Shown in pieces: positions 1 to 11,753 of a stretch of 64,000 nt of DNA. The DNA lies in NCBI GenBank assembly GCA_027604505.1, contig JADIIX010000006.1:124001-188000 (forward strand), given 5' to 3'. Every line of letters starts with the position of its first letter. The stretch's first letter is position 1. Below the pieces are notes generated by a model. It had not been told where the DNA came from. It saw only the letters and a list, made by a program, of their open reading frames with translations, and searched no databases. Position numbers and translations under genes: made by a program. The DNA comes from Gonapodya sp. JEL0774 (Eukaryota).

Positions 1-1034
1 GGAAGTTGTGGCTGATGTCGTAGATGCGCGAACAGTCGTCCCACTGGCGGAACCAGGCGACGTCTGTGTACGGGTGGTGATGGTCACGGTGCCTGGGTAA
101 CTGACCACTGTTCGACCACTGCACTGGGCATTATTCCCGAAAATGAATCCCTGAGTGAAATTCATCCTGCACGAGTCGGGAATACAGTCACGACTGCACG
201 CAGCGAGGAGACTGTTGCTGTTGTTGGTAGTGAGGCTGCACGTGGATAGCGTCTGGGGCAAGACGCAATCCACCAATCCGGAAATATTGTTGTAGCTGAG
301 GAAAATCTGCGACAAGTTTGTCTTGCGAGAGAGGTCGGGGAGAGTTCCCGAGAGGCGATTTTGTGCCAGATCGAGGTAGTCCAACCTGTCCGGGATCGTG
401 GTGTAAATCGGACCAGAATAACGATTCTGTCCCAGAACGAGCCGACCCAAACTCGACAGGTGAGATAGGGATGGCAAGTTCCCGGTGAATTTGTTGTCGT
501 GGAAGTCCACCCAAATGAGGTGGGAGAGGTTCGAAAACTTTGGACCGGTACCGTTCAGATTGTTCGAGTACATGTCAATGCGCTCCAAGAACGATAAACC
601 CTCGAGAGAGGGTACGTTTCCACGAAGATTGCGTTCGTAGAGATACACCTCCTTGACGCGAGCGGTGTCGTCGGTATAGTTTTTCGTGGTGCAGACGAAA
701 CTCTGAAAGTAACAGCATTGGCTTTGAGGCCAGGGGAAATCAAGATTCGACTGATTGTAGATTTGCTGTGTTTCAGTTGGAGAATGGAGTCCATGTCATT
801 TCGTTGATAATCGTTTGAAGGAGAGAAATTGGGAATGTACCTCGAACGGTTCACAATCCGACGCTTGGTTTTGTGCGAGCGAAACTCTTGTCTGGATGAT
901 GAGTAGCGAGAACAGAGCGCATAGAAGGATATGAGGGCGCTCTGACGTGGAATCATCGGAAATCAGGTTGTACTCCTTTGCGACAGAGGCCAGAACTTAC
1001 CTCTCAACTCTCTGGAGGTCCTCCATGTATCCAT
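1..1034 (-). CDS. Secreted or receptor-like leucine-rich repeat protein with plant-type LRRs (5' part; runs off the window edge)
   Basis: Exons 1034-1001, 941-841 and 765-<1 (GT-AG) give MDTWRTSRELR|ERPHILLCALFSLLIIQTRVSLA-QNQASDCEPFE|QIY..WPQSQCCYFQSFVC (signal peptide and Cys cap). LRRs follow (LERIDMYSNNLNGTGP, LIWVDFHDNKFTGNLP, LGRLVLGQNRYSGPI, LDYLDLAQNRLSGTLP, LSQIFLSYNNISG), then a Cys-rich cap and a Ser/Thr-rich stalk. Confidence 0.85.
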
Positions 1035-1249
1035 CGACTCCCTCGATGTTCTTCTCTTCATATAGTCGCAGTCTCCTTAACGAGTTTATGACTGTGTCAT
1101 TCGGTTTCAGAATGATTGTGTGTATCCCGACGAGCTCGCCTATCCTCCATAGAATGGATGAGGCCACAGCGGGAGCGAGGTGAAAACCCACCGAGGAGGT
1201 GAGCGAAGGTGGAGGACGAGGAGAGGAGGGCTCCTGGGGGAGAAGCAAT

Positions 1250-1350
1250 GGGGGGGTGGGGGGGGGGGGGGGGGTTGGGTGGGGTGGGAGCAGTGGAACG
1301 AGGGGAATGGTGGGTGGGGAAGCAGGACGTGAGGGGGGCTGGGCGGGGGC
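1250..1350 (+). repeat. G-rich low-complexity tract (G17 run at 1258-1274 plus further G-runs), G-quadruplex-capable
   Basis: Seen directly; lies between the divergent LRR and PUB genes. Confidence 0.7.
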
Positions 1351-1657
1351 AGTGACAGCAGAGAGGCAACACCGCCTCCTGTTATTTCCAAGAATGCACG
1401 TCACCACTATTTATCTACATATGCATGCAAAGAATGCTACATAATGTTCCAACCGTTTGAATTGCTTACATAAGAGCACCGTCTCAGAAAAAAGAGCTTC
1501 AGGAGGACTGGACTGTGGGGTGAAAGGAGTGTGACCGAAGCACGTTGCTGTGGTCACCGAGACAGTCATCAGTCCTATCGCTCTCCCCGTTCCCAGCCAG
1601 CTGCTCTCTTGTGACCACATCTGTCCCAGCTCTATACCATATACATCCAGCACGAGA

Positions 1658-2558
1658 ATGGATGAATCCTCATCTGCAAACTCTCATGCCCCATCTGCTT
1701 CCAAAACCTCAACTGACCAGTTCGAAATTCAAGCTCGAAGGTTGCTCACATCTACCATCTTGCGCGACAACTCACCCTCCGTCTACGCTCCCTGTCTGGC
1801 AACTATTCTCAAGTGCACTACAAATATCCTCGAGAGTCCCAACGAGCCCAAGGTGTTGTATTAGTTGCATGATGAATTTCTTTGAGGCGGGAACGGCTGT
1901 GAAGTGAAATAGTGGGGAACTCCATCATGCAGTTCCGTACCATCAAAACTCGAAACCCAGTTTTCACGAAATCGGTCGCTGCCTGTGTGGGTGGCACGGA
2001 TATGCTTTTGCTCGCTGGATTTGTCAAGAGAGTCAAGTCATTCGAAGAGTTCTGGACACTCTCCACGGATACGAACTGTCGGTATTTTGTTGAAAATTTT
2101 TTTTTGTTTTGGGAGTTGAAGATTGTTGGAGCCATTGAACATGAGTAGATCGACACTTCCCTGACTCTCTTTCCATAACTTCGCTCCCCATCACGGCAGG
2201 CACACCCCTCCCCATCCCTCCGGCCGTGGAAGCTCGCCTTATCGTCCTCGCTTCCCTCCTCTCCCACTACGCCGTCAAATCCCACAACGAGGCCGAGCTC
2301 GCACGACTGCGGAAGATCGAAGCAAGCAAGGCGGAGGAAGAGAGGAAGAGGAAAGTCCTCGCGGACATCGAAGAGGACAAGGAACGGCGCAAGGAACTCG
2401 AGGCGAGGAGGAAACACGCGTTGGCGCCCGGAATGAAAAAGAACTCTGACCAGTTCAAAGGTGCGGAGACGGGAGTGCAAAGAGGGAACGAAGGTACGGT
2501 AGAACTAGAGGACGAAGACATGATGGTGAAGGACTTCAAATGGGAGGATGAACAATGA
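1658..2558 (+). CDS. PUB (PUG) domain protein with charged coiled C-terminus, putative Cdc48/p97 cofactor
   Basis: Three exons give CLATILKCTTNILESPNEPK|FRTIKTRNPVFTKSVAACVGGTDMLLLAGF, matching the PUB consensus (NI..P.E.K.R.I...N..F.....GG...L...GF). Confidence 0.8.
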
Positions 2559-2935
2559 GAATGTGGTGAAAATGGACCTGTGGAAGTTTCGCAGCGTAGC
2601 ATTGGGCTACAGAGAGTGGCTTTCTGACGTTCCCTTTGCGAAAGTTGTGTGACTTGTTCTTGTTAGATAGTTTTTGTCGGTCATCTTCGTCAAGTTTTGC
2701 GCTGTGATTGCCGCCGTTTTAGTCATTGTTCGATTTCATTTCATGAAACAATAACATTTGCAGAAGTATGAAATCATCACGGTAAACACAGCGCTCTCGG
2801 TACCAAGTCAACGTTTTGTCCCATGGGTGTCCCCACTGGTTTGGCTCCACCAACGCACCAAGTACAAGATTCGTCGGATTTTAAAACACAACGTGGAACT
2901 CTTTTTGAATCCAAAGAACAGGAAATTCATCGAAA

Positions 2936-4913
2936 ATGCCCTCCTCCCATGCATTCCTCGACCGTCTCCGTCCGTTCGCGTCTCGGAGCACCTACCAGGG
3001 CGCCGTGCTCTTCAACCTGGGCGTGTTTCTCATTCCGGCAATCTACTCCACGCTATCAAAGTGAGTGATCGGATTCAACTTGTCGTGCGCTCCGGCTGCG
3101 CTTGCTGGTGATCTCATTCCTCTTCACATAAAGGCTTTGGATCGCCAACATTGACTCATCCATGGTCGCCACTACGGATGCATACACATACGTAAGCTTC
3201 TAGTTCCGTTATCTCTACAATCTTCTTCCGATCGGGGACTCACCTCGATCGCCCCTGTCTTCTAGCTCGGCGTTTTCGCCGAAGTGCTGAACGAGGGTCT
3301 GCCTCGCGCCGCATACCTTGTTATCGGAGACACCGCCCGCACATCCGCGGACAAACGATCGAAACAGATTTCCACACTGCTGATTTTCCAAATGTGTGCT
3401 TCGCTCGTGTTGTCCGTGGTTTTTTTGTGCGCGGCGCCGACCCTGACAGCGGTGGGTTTCGTCTCCCATCCCCGTGCCGCAAACGCAGGTGTATGTTTGG
3501 GACAACGTGTGTGAGCGCCTCGTCTTTCGTGGTTCCTCTTTTAGGCCTTCGTTCCGCCAGAGACTCGCAACTTGTCCATCACGTACCTCCGCATCAGTAG
3601 CTTCTCCACGTTCTTCGTCGCTTCGTCCTACGCCATCGGCACCGCCTTCCGCGCCATCGATCGCCCCGATGTACCCCTCGTGGTCAGCACCACATCAACA
3701 ATATTCAACATCATCCTCGACTTGCTCTTCTTGTCCAAGATCCGCGTCGTATCTGGTGCCAACGTCAACACACAGGCGACCGTGCGCTTGGTCTGCGACA
3801 TGAGCGGAGCTGTAGCTAGCCTGCTCTATTTCACCCTGACGCTGGAGAAAGGGACACGCTTGTCGTGGTGGAGGTTCGGATGGACCGAGTTCAAAGAGCT
3901 CGTGAAACCGGGGGCGGTGTTCTTTGCAGAGTCGGCGGTGCGGAATGCACTGTACCTGTGGTTGGTCGATTGCCGCGTTTTTGAGGGTGCTTTGATTAAT
4001 GCTTGAAGGCTAATCGTTCCTTGGAATCGCTCGATTGGAGGCTGATCACCGGTATTGTCGCCCTTGGGTGAGTTTCGGACATCGACCAACATTGGATAAT
4101 GGCTGTTCTCACTCACTGGGTTCGCCCATCTCCAATATTACATAAAGCAATGTATATGCTACCGCCTGGGGCGTCTTCAACACCATTCGGTGGGGATTGG
4201 TCATGGTGCCATCCAACAGTCTTGAGGCGTCGTCATCCACGTTCGTGGGGCATGCCTGGAGCCAGTTCCGAAAAGAATACGCTGATACGAATAGGAGCTC
4301 ACCAACCTCATCGCGGGAGCTCCTCCATGCTCCCTCTGACGATGTCGCAGAACTTCCACGACTGAAACCGAAGAAAAAATTGCCCGCCCGAGAACTATAT
4401 CCCGTCGTCAAGTACGCCGTGTACTCTGGGGTAGCCATACTCGTGGTCGAGTTGATCTTGCTGGCGATCATGTCAGCAGGCGCGGCCAGACAGTTCGCAT
4501 ACTATCTGAGTGGGGAGGAAGCGACAGCGTATCTGACCGCGACCATGTGGAGAACACTGGACTGGTGTTACATTTTATTCGTTGTTTCGGTCCAAATGGG
4601 AACGGTTTTTGTCGCAACCAAGCCCTGGATCTACTTTGTGAGTCCGGAGCACGAACTCTCACCCCAGTCTTTCTGGTCTGCACTAAACAATGATTTGACT
4701 GACAAGGCCAACTCTTTGGCGTCCAATATCCTTTGGGTCTTGCCCTGGTGCATCGCTGTCGGGCGGCTTGGGCTCACATCCGACACCGCATGGCCGTATC
4801 ACGCCGTGATATTCGGGGGGAGCTTGGTCGTGAACTTTGTCCTCACGACAGTGAGTTTGGGGGTGTGGGTGTGGGTTGTCCAGCGAAGCGTCGTGACTAC
4901 AGAGAAGGAATGA
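2936..4913 (+). CDS. MATE-like multi-pass membrane transporter
   Basis: Spliced: [121 protein letters not shown]; about 12 hydrophobic segments. Confidence 0.75.
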
Positions 4914-5308
4914 TGAAGAGAGAGACGATGGGGACGAGTAGGTGTGGTTTGTGGCACAGCGGAGAGAGTATGATTGTACAGTATCGAGAGATTTTGCTTT
5001 TTGACAGAAAACTCAATTCTGTGCGTCTTCTCGAAAATACAGGACACGCCCTGGAAGTGCCGGACGCTTTGGTGATGATGTCTGATGGCTTCCCGGGGAT
5101 GTTGTGGGTGGTGGCGGATCTGACACACCTGCACGTGCAGGAACGATCAGCATTGAGAACGGTACTCGCTCTTTGCAACTCCATCTCCACAAGTGTGAGA
5201 GACTGTGCTTTGGTGACAGCTTTTTCATCTCGGCTTCAGGGCCATCAACAGCTGTGCGAGATACATAGTTCTCAACCATTTCTTTCGCCATCTCAAGGTG
5301 ACCTAAAT

Positions 5309-6595
5309 ATGGCTGTCAACGAAAACGGCTACAAGGGATCCGTCCCCCCCGAGGCATTCAGGGACGTGAAGATTGCAATCATTGGTTTGTTTTCACGATG
5401 GAGAGCGTGGATTTCTCTGGACCTGTGTATTTGATTGAATCCATGTCTTCACCTGTTCCCTTCCCGCATCATCAACTCTGTTCACCATCCCGTATCATGG
5501 AATTAGGTGGGACTGGTCTCTACCAGCTTGAGAATGTCAAGCACATTGCCGAGTTCGAGCCACTAACGGTGAGATGCGATGCCATCTGTCCAACTCCGAG
5601 TCTGCATGTGATGCCATGAACTTCCCAACACTTTTCAGCCCTGGGGCTACCCGTCGTCTCCCATCCACATTGTTGAGACCGCTGGAGGTCACAAAGTGGC
5701 TTTTTTGGCTCGTCACGGCCACGGTCACGCGTTTACCCCGACCACTGTCCCTGCACAAGCCAACATTGCCGCCCTTAAGCATCTGGGCGTCGAAGCTATT
5801 CTGGCGTTTTCGGCCGTTGGGAGCTTGAAGCAGGAGATTGCCCCCAGGGACTTCGTCATCCCGGACCAAATCAGTTAGTTGTTCACGTGCCAAGTATTTT
5901 AGTTTGACCCTATTCACACTGCCTACCGCCCTTTTGACCTGGTTTGTCGCAGTCGATCGCACCAAAGGTATCCGTGGCTCTACTTTCTTCGGCACGGGCC
6001 TCGTTGCGCACGCCATGTTTGGGGACCCGTTCGACTTCAACGGAATCGGTCAGCTCGTGTGGAACAAGTGCAGGGATGTGATGCAAGGCGACAATGCGAA
6101 AATGCACCTTGGGGGGACTCTTATCTGCATGGAGGTGAGTTATGGTGCAAGTATTTCTTCGATGGAACTCCGAGGCGGTATTGAATTGTGGTCTAGGGTC
6201 CTGCATTCTCCACCCGTGCCGAGTCTAACCTTTACCGCTCATGGGGCGGCTCCGTCATCAACATGTCCGCAATCCCTGAAGCCAAACTCGCCCGAGAAGC
6301 CGAAATCGCGTACCAAATGATATGTATGTCCACCGACTATGACTGCTGGCATGAGGACGAGGAGCCCGTCACGGTCGAGATGGTGATGGGGAACGTCAAG
6401 GCCAACGGAGAAAATGCTAGGAGGGTCGTGGAGGCGGTGTTGCCAGAATTGGAGAAGGCAGTGTGGGGACGGGAGAGCACTTATGTCGTTGGCAAGGGGA
6501 TCAAGGGAAGCATGAAATACGCCTGCATGACATCCCCAGCAAAGCGAGACCAGGATTTGGTGCGAAAACTGGAGTACATACTTCCGGGCTACTAG
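5309..6595 (+). CDS. MTAP: S-methyl-5'-thioadenosine phosphorylase (MTAP/MEU1)
   Basis: [76 protein letters not shown]. Confidence 0.95.
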
Positions 6596-6864
6596 TAAGT
6601 GTTCCTTTCGATTGGTAAAGCTGGGATTTATTCAACATGAATCGATGTACGCACCCAGCTCGTAGATGGGCATCGCAACAAGCTTCTCAATAGAGCGACA
6701 TTGTTTATAGCGAAATTACATGTATTTGCAATGAGCTGAATCCCAAAGGCGCCTTGTTTTCAACGCTCAATGGACGAATGAAACGGCCTCAAGAAATGCC
6801 GCGTAAACTCGGTAGTCCAGCTGGAACCAAACATCGCGGTTCACGTGATACTGATTCATTATCC

Positions 6865-8585
6865 TCACATCCTCGCCGTCTCCTTCCTAGCGGCAGGTTT
6901 GTCCACTTTCAATGTCCTCCTAACAAGCGTCGCTGTACCGACTTTGGAATCATTGCGCCTGCCGATTGCTTTCGAAATGTAATCACCAGCATCCACAAGC
7001 TTGTCGAGGTCAATACCTGTATTGAAGCCGAGGCCATGAAGCATATAGACGACATCTTCGGTTGAAACGTTGCCTAAAGGAGCAACCAACCGTAGAGAAG
7101 TGTTATGGTTTAGTCAATGAAGCAGGTGGGTCAAGTAGATTAGAGATTACGATACTCATTCACGGCTCAGGGTTTACCCACCTGTCGCACCCGGGCTATA
7201 CGGGCATCCTCCCAACCCTGCGACCGAAGAATCCACTATCCTGACGCCCTCTTCCACTGCGGCTAACGTGTTCGCCACTCCCATACCAAAGGTATCGTGG
7301 CAGTGAACCGCTATCCTCTCAATGGGTACACCTGCTTCCACGCATGCTCGAATAGCCTTCTTCATGGCACCTGGGGTCCCACGACCGGTGGTATCGCACA
7401 CTGCAATCTCGAAGCAACCCATATCATACATGAGTTTCGCGAGGTGGGCAGGTTTGGAAGGGTCAACTGCTCCTTCGAAAGGACAATCGACAGCGACAGA
7501 GACAGCGCTGGATGGGGGAAGGGGCACGGTCATTGGACCAAAGACGCCAAAATGTGACGTAGTTTCAGAGTAGAGAGGATGAAGGAGATCGATCGGTCGG
7601 TCGCCACACAATACACAATCGCCATACCCTCACTTGTTGCAACACAATTGGGACACATCACTCACCATCTAACGGGGATACCTTCCTCCTTGGCCCTTTC
7701 ACAAACCACTCGAAATTTCTTCACCGCTTGCTCAATGCTGCTGTTGAGGTTTGCCTTGGAGAAGCTTTCAGTGGCCCCTCCGAAAACGGTGACTTCGATA
7801 CGTTTGGGGGGATCTGACGCTTTGGCGGCGGCGAGGGCGGACTCGAAGCCTTGGATATTCGGCGTGAGGACGTTGTATGTGACATCAGGGAGGTTCGGAA
7901 TGGTGGTGAGGACGGTGTGTGCGTCGGACATCTAAGGAGTTTACGAATGGTGGTTCATAGGGCATAACATCGAAAAAGAAAAACGTGTCCACATTCATGG
8001 TAAATAACTCTCGTATTACAGATCCAGGTGCTCCAACAGGGAGGCTCACCTGAGGAACCCATTTGGGGCTAACAAAGCTGGTGGCTTCCAGTGTAGTAAT
8101 GCCCGCATCGAGGAGTTTCTTGATTAAAGAGACTTTGACTTCAGAGGGTACGATAGTTTTCTCGTTCTGTAGGCCGTCACGAGCGCCAACCTCGTGGATT
8201 CGGACGTTACCAGGCGGAGGAGGAGGACGGATGAAGGAGAGTGGCTGATTTCGATGGAAAGGGTAGCGACGAGCAACTTCGTGAGTTCATAGGTTAATAG
8301 AGTTTGCAGTATGAAGAAGACCATGGGAAAGACGAGAGAAAGAAATTTCGGGAGCAAGAGGACAACTGGCAACCTCTCGCCCCACTGATTCGAGTTCGCC
8401 GAGGCATGGCAACGACTCAACAAGGAAAAAGATGAGAGGAGAGGACACACCGTGCCATCGCCAGTAGCGAATCCGGCTGCCTGGTTGAGATGAGGGAGAG
8501 ATCTGGCAAACTGGTTTCGTCTCAAAGCGTTCACGGTGAGCCCCACCGACCGAGACGTGGAGGTAAGGGATCGTGCAGAGAACAT
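6865..8585 (-). CDS. HMGCL: Hydroxymethylglutaryl-CoA lyase
   Basis: [87 protein letters not shown]-terminal mitochondrial-type presequence. Confidence 0.95.
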
Positions 8586-8918
8586 GTTTGTGGTGTATGG
8601 CATGGGCAAAACTTCTTGTTATGTCAATTGCCAAGTATGACGTTGTTGCAACAACTGTCCCATCCGCGGTGACGAACCGGGGAGACATTGCCCTATCATA
8701 TTGCTACCATCAAAAATCAGATCGTCACATATGTTTATACCAAATGCAAATGAAATTATGATTATGTACAATGCTCCAATGGGTTGGAGTCCCTCAATTG
8801 ATCGCTCCTCGCCACTGCGAGCGCGCGGATTCCCACCCGACGGAAGTTATTACCCAGTTTTAACGCATTAGAAACCATTCTCAGATCCCACCAACACATT
8901 AGTACGTTGATCGATAAA

Positions 8919-10994
8919 ATGGCCCCCTCCATCGCAGAAAAATCGGGTAAAGACCGATTCCTCACAAAGGTGGGCAAAAGATGAATATGATCGGTTACGA
9001 TGGGCGTCTTATCGATTACAACACCATTCGGGTCATCTCTCAGGACTCTGTTGGTGCGGTCGATGAATCAACTGCTGCAGCTGAGTTTTCTAAATCGTTC
9101 TCGGTGAGCTACAACGACAGCTTCTGGTGGTACGCAAATCTAAGATTAACAGTGTTCGCCCTACCGGCCTTTGTTGTCTAGACAATCCCAATCTTGGACA
9201 TGGCTATGTACCACGGCACTCCAGCCCAGAAAGCGCAATTCATCATGCAGCTAAGAGATGTGTTGCTTAATGTTGGGTATGTTGCTGACAGTCTAAAGTT
9301 GAGATCAATGGTCGAGGGACTATCCAACCGCCTTAAAGATTCATGTACATCAAGAATCACGGCATCCCGGCTGAGCTCATGGCTCGTCAAGAAGACTTCA
9401 TGAAGCGTATGTTTGCTCTGCCTCGTGAGCAAAAGGTAAATTTATGCACCTCCCAGCGGCAGTGAGCCGAGTCAGGGCTCACATCGTATCATCAAATTAG
9501 CTCAAGTTTTCCGTTGAGAAATCACCGCACTTCCATGGGTGGAACGAAATGGGAAAAGAAGTGACGTATGGGAAGACTGACGTGAGTTGGTCGACCACAA
9601 TGACAAAGAAGTGTTCGCTTACAATTCTTTTTGCAAAACAGATGCGTGAAATGCTTGTTTCTGGCTTTGAGCTTCCTCCTCGTCAACCGGAGGATCCAAT
9701 ATGGCGCAACACTGTCGGCCCAAACAATTGGTCAGAAGCATCACTTTGTCAGCACCTTTTGTCACCAAACTCCTATTAACACCACGTCTGTTGTTCAGGC
9801 CCACAGAGGAGGTTCTCCCAGGATACCGCGCCCAATGCACCGCCTACATGGACGCTGCCTATAAGACTGCCCGAGAAGTTCTCGCTGCGGTGTCAGAATC
9901 ACTCGGCCTTGCTCCTAACGAGCTCGAAGACATCTTCTTGGACAAAGATTTGCCAAACCACGTGAGTGGATCGATTCCAGGTTTCCCGTGGTCTTTCTCC
10001 CAAACCCATCCCAATCCAGACGTTTGGACAAAACCACTATCCTCACATCAACCTTGGAGATCGCCCCGAGCTTGCCGAGAATCTCGGTGACGCAGAGCAT
10101 ATTGATGACCCGGTCATCCTCACACTTTTGGCGCAAGATCTCGTGGGGGGACTACAAGTTCAAAATTATGACGGCGACTGGTTGGTTGTAAAGGTCATGC
10201 ATGGCTAAAGTCACGATACTGACCAGCTTGTCTACTACCGTCAGGATCTCAGTCAAGCCCATCCCACACACTATCGTAGTGAACACCGGGTCATTTCTTC
10301 AGGTAATAAAACTACCTCCTACTACCTGTGAACGCGTCACGATACTCTGGTTTCTCCCCAAAGTTTATAAGCGGTGGTCGATACGTTGCAACCTCTCATC
10401 GCGTGCGACTGAACACCAGCGGCACCGATCGGTACTCATGGCCGTGAGTTAACTACATTTTGGCACTTCATAATGTCCAGTTAACATCCTAAGCATGATA
10501 TGTAAATTTGCGAATCAGATTCTTCTTGATACCACGGCTCGACGGACCGAGAATATGGCCTGCACTTCCGGACGAGAAGATAGTAGAGTATGTGAAGAAG
10601 AACGCAAAAGTGGCCAAGGACAGGTGCGCTTTGGGCTGGGGAATATCAACGTGAGAAAGGTTTTTCTTCACCAACTTTTCCTACTTAGATACGAGCAGCT
10701 GGACTTTAATCTGCGCGTTGCTAAGAACGTCGGTGAGCTGACTGAGATATCTCGGTTCTTGCATTGTGCGAAGCCAATTCACCGCCGATTCCGCGAAGGT
10801 GAATACTTCTTCTACGTCAAAATGATGAAATCCTACCCGGCCGCTACAGAAATCAACTACCCAGGCTTTGATGTGCGTAGCTTGCTCTCGATTTTGCTGT
10901 TGTTCACATCTGTAGAATCGCTTTTTATTTATTTCGTTGTTAGTGGAAGGCTGAGCTGGGTATCTCACCAGAAGACGCACGGAAGTACCTGTGA
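8919..10994 (+). CDS. 2-oxoglutarate/Fe(II)-dependent oxygenase (IPNS/DIOX_N family), multi-exon
   Basis: IPILDM..LRDVLLNVG|FMYIKNHGIP (DIOX_N), NHYP, H-I-D metal motif, LTLLAQDLVGGLQV, VVNTG, ATSHRV, RYS; ends WKAELGISPEDARKYL*. Start codon tentative. Confidence 0.88.
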
Positions 10995-11753
10995 GCAAAG
11001 TTATCAACCGGGCATCATGTGTCATGACGTTGCCAACTTTCTTATTGGTACGAGGGAAAGTACTGGCATGTATGTGCGCTGCTCTATCAATACACTGAAA
11101 TATTGCCATGGTTGGAAGAATGTGATGAAGTGTGACTTTTCCATCCGACAGAAGTATCTACATATAAATCAGAAACCAAACCGATTCTCCCAAATTTATC
11201 ATGATATGCATCTCAACGTCGAAATCCCTACTCTAATTAATACTTGGGACCATATCAGAAGTCCTTCGACCTCCAAACAAAAGTTTCTCACAATGTGCGG
11301 TCCCGCCGCTCTGCGACCGTTGTTTTCCAAATGTCGTGGTAGGGAAAAGATAAAAAGAACGAGAGCAGTCCAAAAGTCGATCTCTACTGTGACGACATCG
11401 CACAGAAGAAACATATCGGCCGAATTGCGAACCGGCTTGCTTGTCATTTGCTATGCGCAGATGCAGCGTACTTTGCATCTATTGCTTGTCCGCGCCAATT
11501 GTTTGCGCTATCCCCTCGCACTCACACCTTCCAGCTCGGCCATTGACTGCTCTGCCCACCGTGTCTGTTCCTCAGCGCCGGCCTTCACTTGGGTCTGTGC
11601 TTGTGATTGTGCTTGTTTTACCGACGAATCACCGAATCTCTGCCATTGCCCAAGGATCTGTCCATTTGAATGCCGTGCAACGCGTCCCGTGCCCATACCA
11701 GCAGCCACATTACCACTTCTCCCTTCCACGGCCGGTTCCCCGGCCGCTACGAG

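Noticed and set aside
997..1407. 136-aa Pro-rich ORF and overlapping Gly-rich ORFs
   Set aside because: Products of the G-rich tract. The frame that splices into the LRR signal peptide starts at ATG 1034 in a different frame.
4726..4734. ATATCCTTT, a perfect U12 AT-AC donor motif
   Set aside because: It lies within uninterrupted coding sequence (SNILWVLPW) of the MATE gene and no intron is required there.
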